From: Candidatus Latescibacterota bacterium
GTDB lineage: Bacteria; Latescibacterota; UBA2968; UBA8231
NCBI GenBank assembly: GCA_965217585.1
Contig: OZ244561.1
Location: forward strand, 1,312,001-1,376,000
Direction of reading: 5' to 3'
DNA: 64,000 bases
The notes below the pieces were generated by a model. It was not told the origin of the DNA. It was given only the letters and a program-made list of their open reading frames with translations, and made no database searches. Below are positions 9,489 to 19,525 of the stretch, piece after piece. The position numbers were made by a program, and so were the translations under genes. Numbering within the stretch: position 1 is the stretch's first letter; every line of letters begins with the position of its first letter.

Positions 9489-10403
9489 CTACTGGAACCG
9501 GGCTTTTAGCCGGCCCCAGGTCTCGGCCTCAACTGCGGTACCGCCGAAGACATCTTCGACAGGTGCCAGCAGAAAATCAGACGCATTGACGCCGTCACAG
9601 CACGGACCTCCCGTAATCCAGTACCCGTCGTAGGGAGAAGAACCATCATCCCTCAGCGGTTGCTGACCTTTGACGCCGTCGTAGTCAGACCAGATGAGAT
9701 TGATGCCGATGGTCTCGCCCTCTTCAAGGGTGCTCGGAGTACTGGTGTCGGGACCGTTGTGATCTAGATCGTCCCAGACCGTGAAGGACATCTCGTAGTA
9801 ATAGGTGCTCTCATCGAATTGCTCGCCCTCGAACGACCAGGCGAAATCGAAGTGCGGCGAATCATCCTGCCACTGACCCGTATTGCCACTTTGTACGTCG
9901 CGGTCTCCCACGGGGGGCACGGCGATCGACCACCACTGCAGGGTGGAATTGGTCGCCCGCTGGCGCTCCTCGTCGGTGGCCCCATCAGCCCTGCCGTACT
10001 CGGCTACGTACGGCGATCCGGCGTGGTCGCCATCGATCCAGAACTCGAAATTGTCGTCAGCACAATTGCACTGCCCCGGATCGGTGTTGTCGCGCTCGTG
10101 CAGATCGTCGAAGACCGAACTAGCCATGAGCACCTTGTCGCTGGCGTCGTTGTAACCGACGTACCCGCGAAAATCTAGGTCGGCCTTGTCGACGACGTTG
10201 CTATAGAGGGATTCGTGTGTATCCTCCGGTTTGACGACGTAGACCTCGGGCACAACGGCCCATTCGCTGAGGTCTCCATCGATAGTAGGCACGGCGCTAT
10301 CCGGCCATTGAAAGGCCAGGAACGTGCGGTCGGCGGGCACGTGGGCCCACGCTGCCTGCACTAGGAGAGATACGACCCCCATTAGGATAAGGGTCTTCTT
10401 CAT
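9489..10403 (-). CDS. Secreted CBM9/DOMON-like sugar-binding protein with short C-terminal TWGxLK tail
   Basis: Signal MKKTLILMGVVSLLVQAAWA; PTIDGDLSEW, DNFEFWIDGD, YYYEMSF, GETIGINL..SDYD motifs; ends TAVEAETWGRLKARFQ. Confidence 0.75.
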   Translation of the reverse strand: MKKTLILMGVVSLLVQAAWAHVPADRTFLAFQWPDSAVPTIDGDLSEWAVVPEVYVVKPEDTHESLYSNVVDKADLDFRGYVGYNDASDKVLMASSVFDDLHERDNTDPGQCNCADDNFEFWIDGDHAGSPYVAEYGRADGATDEERQRATNSTLQWWSIAVPPVGDRDVQSGNTGQWQDDSPHFDFAWSFEGEQFDESTYYYEMSFTVWDDLDHNGPDTSTPSTLEEGETIGINLIWSDYDGVKGQQPLRDDGSSPYDGYWITGGPCCDGVNASDFLLAPVEDVFGGTAVEAETWGRLKARFQ

Positions 10404-10833
10404 TCCTGATTCCTCCTTCTTCATTTTTTTAACGTTAGTTTAATCAAGGAATTAAAGCAGAGGAAACCCTCTCTGACCTCCTTTCAGGGCATCCTGTTGA
10501 CTATCCGATAAGACTACTCAACCGTCCATAAAGACAAAAGGTGCAAGCGAAGATAACTCAGAGGAGTCAATCTTCCAAATAATTTTCAATGAGATCCATA
10601 GTAAATGTCAAATAGAATCCCGGGGGAATCGCCGCAGAATGCCTCGTAGAACCGAAGCCTCGTAAAACCGAAAGATGTCGCCGGTAGAGCACCGAAAAAT
10701 GGTTTCCGTTTCCATGTATTTTGTCGTATAATACTTGCTTACTCACTGGGCTTAAGTCAATCATTCTATCCGAACCCGGTCTCAACTCGTCGGCGGCAGA
10801 ATTGCCTCCCAATCTGTCTTTGAGGTGGATCCC

Positions 10834-13224
10834 ATGTCCCGTCCTATTTTCTGGTGTATTGCCGCCTGCTGCCTTTTTACGGTGCTCGGCTTTGAGCCTA
10901 GCCAAGCAGTGGAGACCATCGTCGTGGGGGGCGGCGATCGTCCATGGAGTACTGGCGGCGGTGACGAGACATCCACCCCACCGGCCTTGACGCCTCAATT
11001 TCGCCTGACCCCTCGCACAGCGGGCAGCGGCAATACGCCCGGCGGGGTCATTGACTTCGATGCCGAATCGGGCTGGATCGTGCCCACGCAAATCGATCCC
11101 GAACGCAACTTGTTCCAGTTGATCCGCGAGCAGGGCGGCTCTCCCAGCATCACTTCGCCGAATGTGAGCGATATTCCCAGAGCCGTACTCGAGAACATTT
11201 TGCAGGGCATCACTGACGGCAGCGATGTAGTATATGTCCGCAAGAGCACTCCCGCCCAGAGAAACGTCAATCCACTGGGCGAACACATCGACATTGACTT
11301 GGGTGCCCGCTTTGGCATTGAGCGCATCCGCTTCTACCCCAGCGTCTTCTTTCCCGGGGACTTTATCAAAGCCTTTGAAGTCAAGCTCAACGACGGCAGT
11401 CCCGCCAGCCTCACTGAATCGGGCAATCCCCTCTGGACTCTGGCTTTCCGCAATGTCCAGAACAACCAGTCCGACACCAACGTGACCATCCCGCTCCAGT
11501 TCGTCCGCCACCTGCGTCTGACTTCGCTCACCACTGCCGGCTTCGAGATCGACGAGATCGAACTCTACGGCCGGGGCTACGTGCCGACTAGCCGCTACTT
11601 GTCGGACATCTTTGACTTGGGCGAAAAACGGGGGGTCTGGGGCCAGATCCGCTGGGTGGCTGAACCCATCGGCGACCCCGCGCAATCGCGCATCTTAGTG
11701 CGCACTCGCGCGGGCAGCACCGAGTCGCCACTGATCTTTACCCGGATGGTCATCTCCCGCCGCCTCAGCGAGGAACCCTTCCGCTTCGCCCTGGACCGGA
11801 TCACCTACGACCGGGCCACGGTAGGAGTGGTCTTGGCTCCGGTGGAAGTGCCCGAACAGAGCATTTCCCCGGACGAGTACAGCGCCCTAGAGGAGGAAAT
11901 AAGGGACTGGTTGGAACTGCAGGGGGCCGTCTATTCCGCGCTCGACGAGGCCGGCGATGAACAGACGGTGAGTCGCGCCGACTACCTGACCCTAGACGTG
12001 CAACGCCGAGGAGCGGTTTCGCTGGCCGCCCTCCAAATTCCGGTCGATGCCTACCGTCCCCTGACCCGCTCAGTCAAGGACTGGCTGGCCGCCCACGGGG
12101 CCCAGTACTTCCGCCGGGCCAATATCGGCGAAGCTGTCCCCTACAATTTCGATGGGGTCCCGATCACTGCCTCGGCCTACAACCGCCTCCCGCCCGAGGA
12201 ACGCGGTCCCATGCTGGAGGACACCGAGAACTGGAGCCCTTGGTCGGCACCTTATCCGGCTGCCAGTGGCCTGGAGGGCACACCCATCACTTCGCCGGCT
12301 CCGCGCCGCTACCTCCAGTTTGAGATCGCCTTTGAGAGCGAGGATCTGGAGGCGGTGCACCGAGTCGACTCGCTCTCCCTAGAGGTCTCTTCCCCGCCCG
12401 TGGCCCAGCGTCTCGTCGCCGAGATCTTCCCCCGCGAAGTACAACCCGGCCAGAGCGTGGAATTCACCTATGCGGTACGGCCCACCCTAGACCCCGACAG
12501 CGATCTGGGTTTCGATAATTTCGAGATCCAGACCCCGGTTCCCATCCAACAGCTACTGGAGATTCAGATCCTCGACCCAGAAGACCGGATCGAGGCCCAG
12601 CAGGTCTTTGGCGAACCCGTCGCCGAACTATCTCTGCCCTTTGAGAAAGGCGATTTCACCCTGGTCTCCGTCGACCCCGACCGCTTCCAAGTGCGCTTCC
12701 CCAAGATAGAAACCGACGGAGCTCTCTTGAAAATGCGTTTCGTCACCTCAGTCCTGCGCTTCGGCACGACCTTTGACGGACGGGGAATCAGCGAGGAGGA
12801 TGAGGGGCTGCCGCAGCCAGCCTTCCCCGGCAACGTGGCCTCGCTGGGCGAGCACGATGCCGCCAACCTCTCCGGCCTGACCGTCTTCATCGATCTGACT
12901 GGCAAGTTGCTCAGCGACGTGCGCGCTGTGCCCAACCCTTTTACTCCCAATGGAGACGGCATTAACGACCGCACCGAAATCCGCTACGACGTCCTCAAAC
13001 TCACCGAGCCGACTCCGGTGCAAGTGGACCTCTACACCCTCGCCGGCCAGCGCGTGCGCACTCTGCAGGCTGCTGAAATCCCCAGCGGACGCTATGCAGT
13101 GCCCTGGGATGCCAAGGACGAGACAGGACGCCCAGTGCCGCCCGGCCTCTATCTGTTTAGGATCAAAGTCGAGTCGGACCTGAATACGGAGGAGTCATTG
13201 GGCACTATCGCAGTCGTCTATTGA
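10834..13224 (+). CDS. Secreted protein with discoidin-like module and C-terminal PNGD/FlgD-Ig domain ending AVVY
   Basis: Signal peptide; IDIDLGARFGIERIRFYP; PNPFTPNGDGIND...WDAKDETGRPVPPGLYL. Paralog of 2032, 6272 and 28901. Confidence 0.85.
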   Translation: MSRPIFWCIAACCLFTVLGFEPSQAVETIVVGGGDRPWSTGGGDETSTPPALTPQFRLTPRTAGSGNTPGGVIDFDAESGWIVPTQIDPERNLFQLIREQGGSPSITSPNVSDIPRAVLENILQGITDGSDVVYVRKSTPAQRNVNPLGEHIDIDLGARFGIERIRFYPSVFFPGDFIKAFEVKLNDGSPASLTESGNPLWTLAFRNVQNNQSDTNVTIPLQFVRHLRLTSLTTAGFEIDEIELYGRGYVPTSRYLSDIFDLGEKRGVWGQIRWVAEPIGDPAQSRILVRTRAGSTESPLIFTRMVISRRLSEEPFRFALDRITYDRATVGVVLAPVEVPEQSISPDEYSALEEEIRDWLELQGAVYSALDEAGDEQTVSRADYLTLDVQRRGAVSLAALQIPVDAYRPLTRSVKDWLAAHGAQYFRRANIGEAVPYNFDGVPITASAYNRLPPEERGPMLEDTENWSPWSAPYPAASGLEGTPITSPAPRRYLQFEIAFESEDLEAVHRVDSLSLEVSSPPVAQRLVAEIFPREVQPGQSVEFTYAVRPTLDPDSDLGFDNFEIQTPVPIQQLLEIQILDPEDRIEAQQVFGEPVAELSLPFEKGDFTLVSVDPDRFQVRFPKIETDGALLKMRFVTSVLRFGTTFDGRGISEEDEGLPQPAFPGNVASLGEHDAANLSGLTVFIDLTGKLLSDVRAVPNPFTPNGDGINDRTEIRYDVLKLTEPTPVQVDLYTLAGQRVRTLQAAEIPSGRYAVPWDAKDETGRPVPPGLYLFRIKVESDLNTEESLGTIAVVY

Positions 13225-13289
13225 GTTGATAAATACACCTGTCAAATGAAAAGCTCGTGCCCGCGGGGCCTGTCAAAGGAGGGCTTGGC

Positions 13290-15983
13290 TTGAAACGATC
13301 CATATTGTACAGCCTAAAAAACATCGCTCTGGTCGCATTGGCCTTGGGGATTCATCCCGCAGGGGCCCAGCAGGACTATGGCACTCGCCTAGGAGTCCGC
13401 TCCGGGGACGCCTTCAGCTACGAACCCCAAGGATCCACCGTGCTGTTCGGTGCCCTGGATCCGGCCGTGCGCAAATGGTATGTACCCCAAGAGCTCTACA
13501 ACGAGTACCAGTGGCGCCAATGGGAGTACACCAACTACGCCCGGGAGCCTTTTCGGCGCTACGTCAACACCAACCTAGAAGGCGACTATTTCTACGATCT
13601 CTACGGTCGCCTAATCACCCGCGGCTGGCTGATTTACGACCACACCCAGAAACAGCCCCAGAACCAGTTCGGCAATTCCCTCTTCAAAGACAGCCGGTTC
13701 TCCGGCTGGTTCAGCTCGCTATTGATTGCCTCCGACAGCAAGGGCCAGTACCACTACTCCCTCAGCATCGGTCACCAACTCCGCACGGTGCTGACTCCTC
13801 TGACCTTTGCCAAAGCTCAGTTTGACGGTCTGCAGTGGGACCTGGCCTCCGATAAGTACCATGCCACCATTATCTACTCTCGCATCAACGCGCCCGGCGG
13901 CAGTAGGGCCGATCCGCCCATCAGGGTCACCAACAACACGACCCTCTTCGGGAGCCGCCTCACGGCCCAACTGGGCGACTTCATCACCGTAGGCAGCACC
14001 CTAGTCAATGCCCATAACTCCCACACCCAGCTCGAGAGCTTTGAGGGCAGTCTCTTCAAAGGCGAATTGACCGTCGACCAGAACGAAATTCCCATTTCTT
14101 GGGTGGAGGTCATCCTCAGGGACGACTCCCCGGAGGACGGGGTGGGCGGGGCATCGTTTTTCCAGAGGGGCTCCGACCTCGTCATAACCTATATCGACGA
14201 CTTTGTCGAAAGCGCCCAGGAGATCGGCTTTGAACCCGTGGTCGAAGGCGGTTTCCAGCGCACGGGTTTCCTGGCCGCCGACGGCAGCGAAGCCATCCGC
14301 GTGCGCTACGATTTTGACAGCCCCGACTTTGTCGCCGGGGCCCACGGGGACAAATCGGAGATCGCCGAGGTGCGCTTTCGCCTAGCAGTGGGCAACGACT
14401 ACCAGGTCTGGATGAACTCCGACCGCCAGACTTCGCGCGGCACCGGCGGAGTGGGCTCGGCCGGCGAACAGCCCATTCCCCTGCTCGTAGCTCGCGCCCC
14501 GGGCAACGTCCGCGACAACTCCAATCTGCGCATCCTCAGCTTTGACTACGGACTGCCCACAGCCAACCAAGTTGTCGGTGCCACCATTGAGATGAACGAC
14601 CTCCTCGGCTTCAACCTCTACGCCGAATACGATATTTCCCGCCGCTATCGCATGTACCCCAACCCCAACCTGATCACCCACGACGGCTTCTCGGGCGTGG
14701 TCGGCAACCCCTCGTCGGAAGCCTGGATGGTCAATGCCGCCAAGCAGGCCTACCCCTTGTTCTTTTACGGCGAAGCCTTTAGCATGGACCACAGCTACGC
14801 CACCACCACCTTTGTCTCCCAAGACACACCGCGCCCCGGATTTGTCGACTACAGCGACACCCGCCGTTTCTACGAATTCGTCGACGACAACGACGACCAG
14901 GACCGCTTTCCCGACAACCAGCGCATCGACTGGCTCACCGGCGACTTCCAGGTTTTTCCGGGTTGGGACGAGAACAACGACTTCATCTCCGATTTCAATC
15001 AGAACGACAACCGCCGCAGCCAGCGCCGCAACGAATTTCCCGACTACGAAGAGCCTTTTCTGCGCTACAATGTGGATCGGCCCGAATTTTTGTTCGGCAT
15101 TGACATGAACAACAATGGCTGGATTGACCGCTTTGAAAACGACGAAGAGCCCGACTACCCCTACAAACGGGACCATCGCGGCTACAATCTGTACACCGGT
15201 ATCCACATCACGCCGGACATCCGCCTGATGGTTGGTCGTATAGACGAACGTCTGCTCTCCGAGGACCGCGCCAACGAGACCAACTACCTATTGGTCACCT
15301 TCGACCGGGACTATCCCGGCTTGGGCCGCCTGCGCCTCTTTGACATGTTCAAGCTCATCGAGGACAATATTCCCGAGAATCTCTTCCAGTGGGTCTATCT
15401 GACCTCCGAATCCGAAGGCGAGCTACGGCGTATCACCGACCCTCTCCTATTCGAGGGAGCCTGGCACAACAGCGCCTGGCTCGGTTTCGACTTTACTGGC
15501 TTCAGGGGCTTGAATGTGATCAATAAGGTCAAATACGACTTGACCCATACCCAGCGCGGACAGTCTCAGAACGAATACTTCTTTGGCGTGATCAACAAGG
15601 TCAGCTACCTGCTGGAAGTCGGTCTGCTCGAACTCAAGCCGCGCTGGAAAAGCGAATACCGCAATCAGACCCGGGGATTGTTCACCGGGGGTGAGCGCGA
15701 AGAACTGGTCGAGCTGTTTTCGCTGCTGGTCCGCTTTCCCGTGTTGAACAAGACCTTTGTCGAAGGCGGTGCTGAACTCCTCTGGCTCAACGACCTGAAA
15801 GGGCAAGAGAACGACTCGACCAGCAGCGTTTTGGCTCTGCAATTCACCAACCAAGTGGCCTATCAGGGCTATCAACTGACTACTCAGATGGGTCTGAAAT
15901 TCGACCGCCGTAAACCCCGAGGACAAAAAGCTAGGACTACGAGCGAGACCTTTATCACCGTATTCGCCGGTCTGGGCGAATGA
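13290..15983 (+). CDS. Uncharacterised ~900-aa secreted/outer-membrane protein with Asp-rich Ca-binding-like loops (paralog 1 of 4)
   Basis: RBS AAAGGAGGGG before TTG at 13290; signal peptide; DDNDDQDRFPD and DMNNNGWID loops; alternating beta-strand C-terminus. Confidence 0.8.
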   Translation: MKRSILYSLKNIALVALALGIHPAGAQQDYGTRLGVRSGDAFSYEPQGSTVLFGALDPAVRKWYVPQELYNEYQWRQWEYTNYAREPFRRYVNTNLEGDYFYDLYGRLITRGWLIYDHTQKQPQNQFGNSLFKDSRFSGWFSSLLIASDSKGQYHYSLSIGHQLRTVLTPLTFAKAQFDGLQWDLASDKYHATIIYSRINAPGGSRADPPIRVTNNTTLFGSRLTAQLGDFITVGSTLVNAHNSHTQLESFEGSLFKGELTVDQNEIPISWVEVILRDDSPEDGVGGASFFQRGSDLVITYIDDFVESAQEIGFEPVVEGGFQRTGFLAADGSEAIRVRYDFDSPDFVAGAHGDKSEIAEVRFRLAVGNDYQVWMNSDRQTSRGTGGVGSAGEQPIPLLVARAPGNVRDNSNLRILSFDYGLPTANQVVGATIEMNDLLGFNLYAEYDISRRYRMYPNPNLITHDGFSGVVGNPSSEAWMVNAAKQAYPLFFYGEAFSMDHSYATTTFVSQDTPRPGFVDYSDTRRFYEFVDDNDDQDRFPDNQRIDWLTGDFQVFPGWDENNDFISDFNQNDNRRSQRRNEFPDYEEPFLRYNVDRPEFLFGIDMNNNGWIDRFENDEEPDYPYKRDHRGYNLYTGIHITPDIRLMVGRIDERLLSEDRANETNYLLVTFDRDYPGLGRLRLFDMFKLIEDNIPENLFQWVYLTSESEGELRRITDPLLFEGAWHNSAWLGFDFTGFRGLNVINKVKYDLTHTQRGQSQNEYFFGVINKVSYLLEVGLLELKPRWKSEYRNQTRGLFTGGEREELVELFSLLVRFPVLNKTFVEGGAELLWLNDLKGQENDSTSSVLALQFTNQVAYQGYQLTTQMGLKFDRRKPRGQKARTTSETFITVFAGLGE

Positions 15984-17695
15984 TCGTCCGCTCGCCGCTG
16001 CCCGTGTCTATCCTCCGCTGGTTCTTTTTTTCGCTTCTCGCAGCCTGTTCCCCCAGCCCTCCCGAAGAGCCGATCGTCGCCCTGGTCGGGGAAGACCCAA
16101 TCTACAAAAGCGAAGTGGAAGAATTCGCCGCTTCCTTGCTCCCCGGATTGCGCTCCAAACAGAGCGGGCAGCAGGCTCGCCTCGACTACCTGCAGACCCT
16201 CATCGACGAGAAACTGCTGGTCCGACGAGCTCGGGACCAGGGTTTGGATACCACCCGATCTTTTGCGGCTGAAGCGGCAGAGGCCTTCCGCGAGCAAGTT
16301 ATCGACTACTATCGGCAGCAGCACCTCTCACCCCGCGTCACCGTCACCGACGGAGAGATCCGGGAACGTTTCATCAGAGATGGCTTCAACCGGGAACGGG
16401 CTTTGAGCCGACTGGTGGTGCAAACCGCGGAAGAAGCGGCGCGACTGCGCGAGCAATGGGAACAGGGTACCGATTTTGCCGTTCTAGCCCGGGAGCACTC
16501 GCTCGACCAAGGCAGGGCTCCCCAGGGTGGGTACATGGGTTTTATCACCCAGCCCTATGCCTTGCGAATGCACATTCCCACCCAGACCTTCGACAGTTTG
16601 GCAACGGGCGCGGTCTCTCCGCCCCTGCCCCTAGGAAAAGCCTACCAACTCATTCGCTTTACCGAGGAACGGGATGCCGATCCGGCTCTTTACCGCCGGC
16701 AGATAGAACGCAGAATCCGACGGGAAAAAACAGCGATCCAGCGCCGGGCCCTAGCCGAAGAACTGGCCTACGAGCTAGGGCTTCGCCTACGTCCTGAGGG
16801 TCTCGAAATCCTCAAACTCAAACGGACGGGATCGCGTTTGTTCCCCGAGCTATCCCCGCAGGAGGCGGCCACGCCCCTCTACACCTACAAACGGGGCGAA
16901 ATAACGGTCGGTGCCTATATCGACGCCTTTCGCCAAGCCGCAATCCGGCCGGCCCTAGGGGACAGTCTCGCAGTGGTGAGAGCTACCTATCAGACCGTGA
17001 TACCACCGATCATGTTCTGGGAAGCGGCGCTGCAGCAAGGCTATCACGAACACCCTTCCTTGCTAAAGTGGAAAGAACGGGATGAGGTCGAACGGCTGCT
17101 CATGGCTCTGCGCCGGACCGCGGTGGACGACCAAGTCGTCGTCACCTCTGAGGAAGTGGAGACCTTCTACCGCGACAATCCACATCTATTCAAAGAGCCC
17201 GCGGAATTGTGGCTCCAAGAGGTTCTCCTGCAGGATCTAGATCGGGCGGCTCAACTGCGGCGGCGCTTGGACCAAGGGGCGACGTTGGATGAGTTAATCC
17301 CGCTGAGCCAGCGTCTGGGTGCCGTGGAGGCCGCGGGCAAGCTGCACCTGCACTCCTATGAAAAAGCCAAGTACGGCGGCCTAGTGGAACAGGCCCTCCA
17401 AGCCGATATAGGGCAACTGGTCGGCCCGGTAGAGGTAAAAGGAGGTCATTCGATCTTCCGACTGCTGGAAAAAAGTGGGGGCGACCTCATCCCGTTCGAC
17501 TCAGTGAAGCAGCGCGCCGAAGCCACCCTGCGCTACCAAAGGGAACAGCCTATCTTTGAAGTTCTGGTCGAGGCAGTGCGGGAACTGTACGTCGATCAGG
17601 TGCGCATTTTCGAGGATGTGCTCCACCAAGTCCGGCTGCCAGAGGAGGTCTCACTTCCCCCGGGGACGGAAGAACCTAATCCCGATACCCGTTGA
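15980..17695 (+). CDS. SurA/PrsA-like peptidyl-prolyl isomerase (PpiC/rotamase) lipoprotein chaperone
   Basis: Lipobox LLAAC; LQTLIDEKLL SurA-N-like helix; DFAVLAREHSLD...GGYMG rotamase motif plus a second rotamase-like domain. Overlaps the upstream stop by 4 bp. Confidence 0.85.
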   Translation: MIVRSPLPVSILRWFFFSLLAACSPSPPEEPIVALVGEDPIYKSEVEEFAASLLPGLRSKQSGQQARLDYLQTLIDEKLLVRRARDQGLDTTRSFAAEAAEAFREQVIDYYRQQHLSPRVTVTDGEIRERFIRDGFNRERALSRLVVQTAEEAARLREQWEQGTDFAVLAREHSLDQGRAPQGGYMGFITQPYALRMHIPTQTFDSLATGAVSPPLPLGKAYQLIRFTEERDADPALYRRQIERRIRREKTAIQRRALAEELAYELGLRLRPEGLEILKLKRTGSRLFPELSPQEAATPLYTYKRGEITVGAYIDAFRQAAIRPALGDSLAVVRATYQTVIPPIMFWEAALQQGYHEHPSLLKWKERDEVERLLMALRRTAVDDQVVVTSEEVETFYRDNPHLFKEPAELWLQEVLLQDLDRAAQLRRRLDQGATLDELIPLSQRLGAVEAAGKLHLHSYEKAKYGGLVEQALQADIGQLVGPVEVKGGHSIFRLLEKSGGDLIPFDSVKQRAEATLRYQREQPIFEVLVEAVRELYVDQVRIFEDVLHQVRLPEEVSLPPGTEEPNPDTR

Positions 17696-17815
17696 GACTG
17701 ACGACTAGGACGCGCTCGCCATGGCGAACCACTCGTCCACCGCCGCTACCAATCCGGCGATCTCCTGTCGGTCGAAGCACCCAGAAGTCAATGTGGGTTT
17801 TAAAAACGCCTTACG

Positions 17816-19525
17816 TTACAACTCGGCAAAATTGCCCTGTGGTCGGCTCACAGTAAGCCCCTTGCCCTCGGTGATCACCAGCCAGTGGTCGGCGTCGAGG
17901 TCGCGAAATTCCTCTACCTGACCGCCGGGCCAGCGCACCACCAGCCGATCGACCTTAGTGGCCCGTTGCAGGCCGAAATGGGCGCGGATGTCGCTGTGCG
18001 ACAGGAAGCTGGTCCCCGCGGCAATTTGGCGGATCTGGACGCGGCCGGCGACCACGGCCTCAATGCGGGCCCCAATGCCGTCCCGGTTGCTCGTGGTGCC
18101 AATGAGGGAGACCTCGAGCCAGTGATTGCGGTTGCCGCCGTCGTTGCGCAACAGGGTGGGCGTATCGTCGATATTGAGGACGAGGATATCGATGTCGCCG
18201 TCGTTGTCGTAGTCGCCAAAGGCCGCCCCCCGGCTCACCTTCTCCACGGCCAAGCCGCTGCCGGCCCCGGCACCGATTTCGACAAAGAATCCGCGGCCGT
18301 CGTTGTCAAAGAGGAAATTGCGCTGGGCGTACCCCGTGCCCACATCGTAGTCGTCCAAGACCGGATAGACGTGGCCGTTGGCGGCGAATAGATCCAAATC
18401 GCCGTCGTTGTCGTAGTCGAAAAAGCCCGTGCCCCAGCCCACGAAGGGCATGCTCACCTCGCCCACGCCCACCGCGTGGCTCACATCGGTGAAAAGGCGT
18501 CCCCCTTCACTGCGGTACAAGGTATAGTAATCCTCGGAGAAATGGGTGACGAAAAAATCGAAATCGCCATCATTGTCGTAGTCGCCAGCGGCGACCCCCA
18601 TGCCGGCTTGTTCCTCACCATCGGCACTGTGGCTGGCGCCCGTGGCCAAGGAGACATCTTTGAAGCGCCCGTTGCCTAGGTTGCGCAAGAGCAGATTGGG
18701 ATCGGTGTCGTTGGCCACGTACAGATCCGGGTACCCATCGCTGTCGCTGTCGACAAACACGGGTTGGAAACCGTTGTACGCCACCGAGTCAACGCCGATC
18801 TGAGTGGTGACATCGGCAAAGGTGCCGTCGCCCCGGTTGCGGTAGAGCGCGTCCTGCACTCCCTCATAGGCGTTGGGTCCTTGGAATATCTTGATCCCCT
18901 TCCACAACTGATAGAGTTCGGCTGCGGCGAGTTCGGCTGGATTAAAGCGGACAAAATTGGCCACGTAGAGATCGACATCTCCATCGACATCGTAGTCGCC
19001 CCAGGCAACGCCCGTACTCCAGCGCGGATCCGCCACCCCCGCGGCCTGGGCCACCTCGGCAAAGGTGCCGTCGCCCCGGTTGCGGTAGAGCCGGTTGGGT
19101 CCGTAGTTGGTCACCAGGAGGTCGGTGTCGCCGTCGTTGTCGTAGTCCGCGGCTCCGCAACCCATGCTCCAGGCCGTGTCGCCCACGCCGGCCGTGCGAG
19201 TGACATCGGCGAACGTGCCGTCGCCTTGATTGCGATAGAGTCGATTGCTGGGCGGGGGATCGGGCAGGGGATCGAAGGAAGAGCCATTGATTAGGTACGC
19301 ATCTAGGTAGCCGTCGTTGTCGTAGTCGAACAGACCCGCCCCTCCGCCCTTGGACTCAATGATATAGGTTTTTTGCGGCTTGCCCGAGACATTGCGTCCA
19401 TGCAGACCGGCTTGTTGGGCCACATCGACAAAGACCACTCGCCGCGGTGGAGCTTCTTCACCGCACCCGAACAAAAGCAGGCCCGCGCCGCACAGAGCGC
19501 GGTACAAATTTCGCATCCCAACCAT
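17816..19525 (-). CDS. CRTAC1 family (FG-GAP repeats + ASPIC/UnbV) lipoprotein
   Basis: Many DYDNDGDxD repeats; NRDGIGARIE...SFLS...HFGLQ...VRWPGG C-terminal domain; lipobox LLFGC. Confidence 0.92.
   Translation of the reverse strand: MVGMRNLYRALCGAGLLLFGCGEEAPPRRVVFVDVAQQAGLHGRNVSGKPQKTYIIESKGGGAGLFDYDNDGYLDAYLINGSSFDPLPDPPPSNRLYRNQGDGTFADVTRTAGVGDTAWSMGCGAADYDNDGDTDLLVTNYGPNRLYRNRGDGTFAEVAQAAGVADPRWSTGVAWGDYDVDGDVDLYVANFVRFNPAELAAAELYQLWKGIKIFQGPNAYEGVQDALYRNRGDGTFADVTTQIGVDSVAYNGFQPVFVDSDSDGYPDLYVANDTDPNLLLRNLGNGRFKDVSLATGASHSADGEEQAGMGVAAGDYDNDGDFDFFVTHFSEDYYTLYRSEGGRLFTDVSHAVGVGEVSMPFVGWGTGFFDYDNDGDLDLFAANGHVYPVLDDYDVGTGYAQRNFLFDNDGRGFFVEIGAGAGSGLAVEKVSRGAAFGDYDNDGDIDILVLNIDDTPTLLRNDGGNRNHWLEVSLIGTTSNRDGIGARIEAVVAGRVQIRQIAAGTSFLSHSDIRAHFGLQRATKVDRLVVRWPGGQVEEFRDLDADHWLVITEGKGLTVSRPQGNFAEL

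Noticed and set aside
10582-10611. Minus-strand TTGACA upstream of 10403
   Set aside because: No convincing -10 element at 17-bp spacing, so it was not called as a promoter.
10567-11685. 372-aa minus-strand ORF
   Set aside because: Antisense shadow of the well-supported 10834..13224 gene; no recognisable motifs.
17816-19525. Recurrent GTCGCCGTCGTTGTCGTAGTC-like DNA repeats as a possible CRISPR array
   Set aside because: They are coding FG-GAP DYDNDGD motifs, irregularly spaced and degenerate; no cas genes are present.
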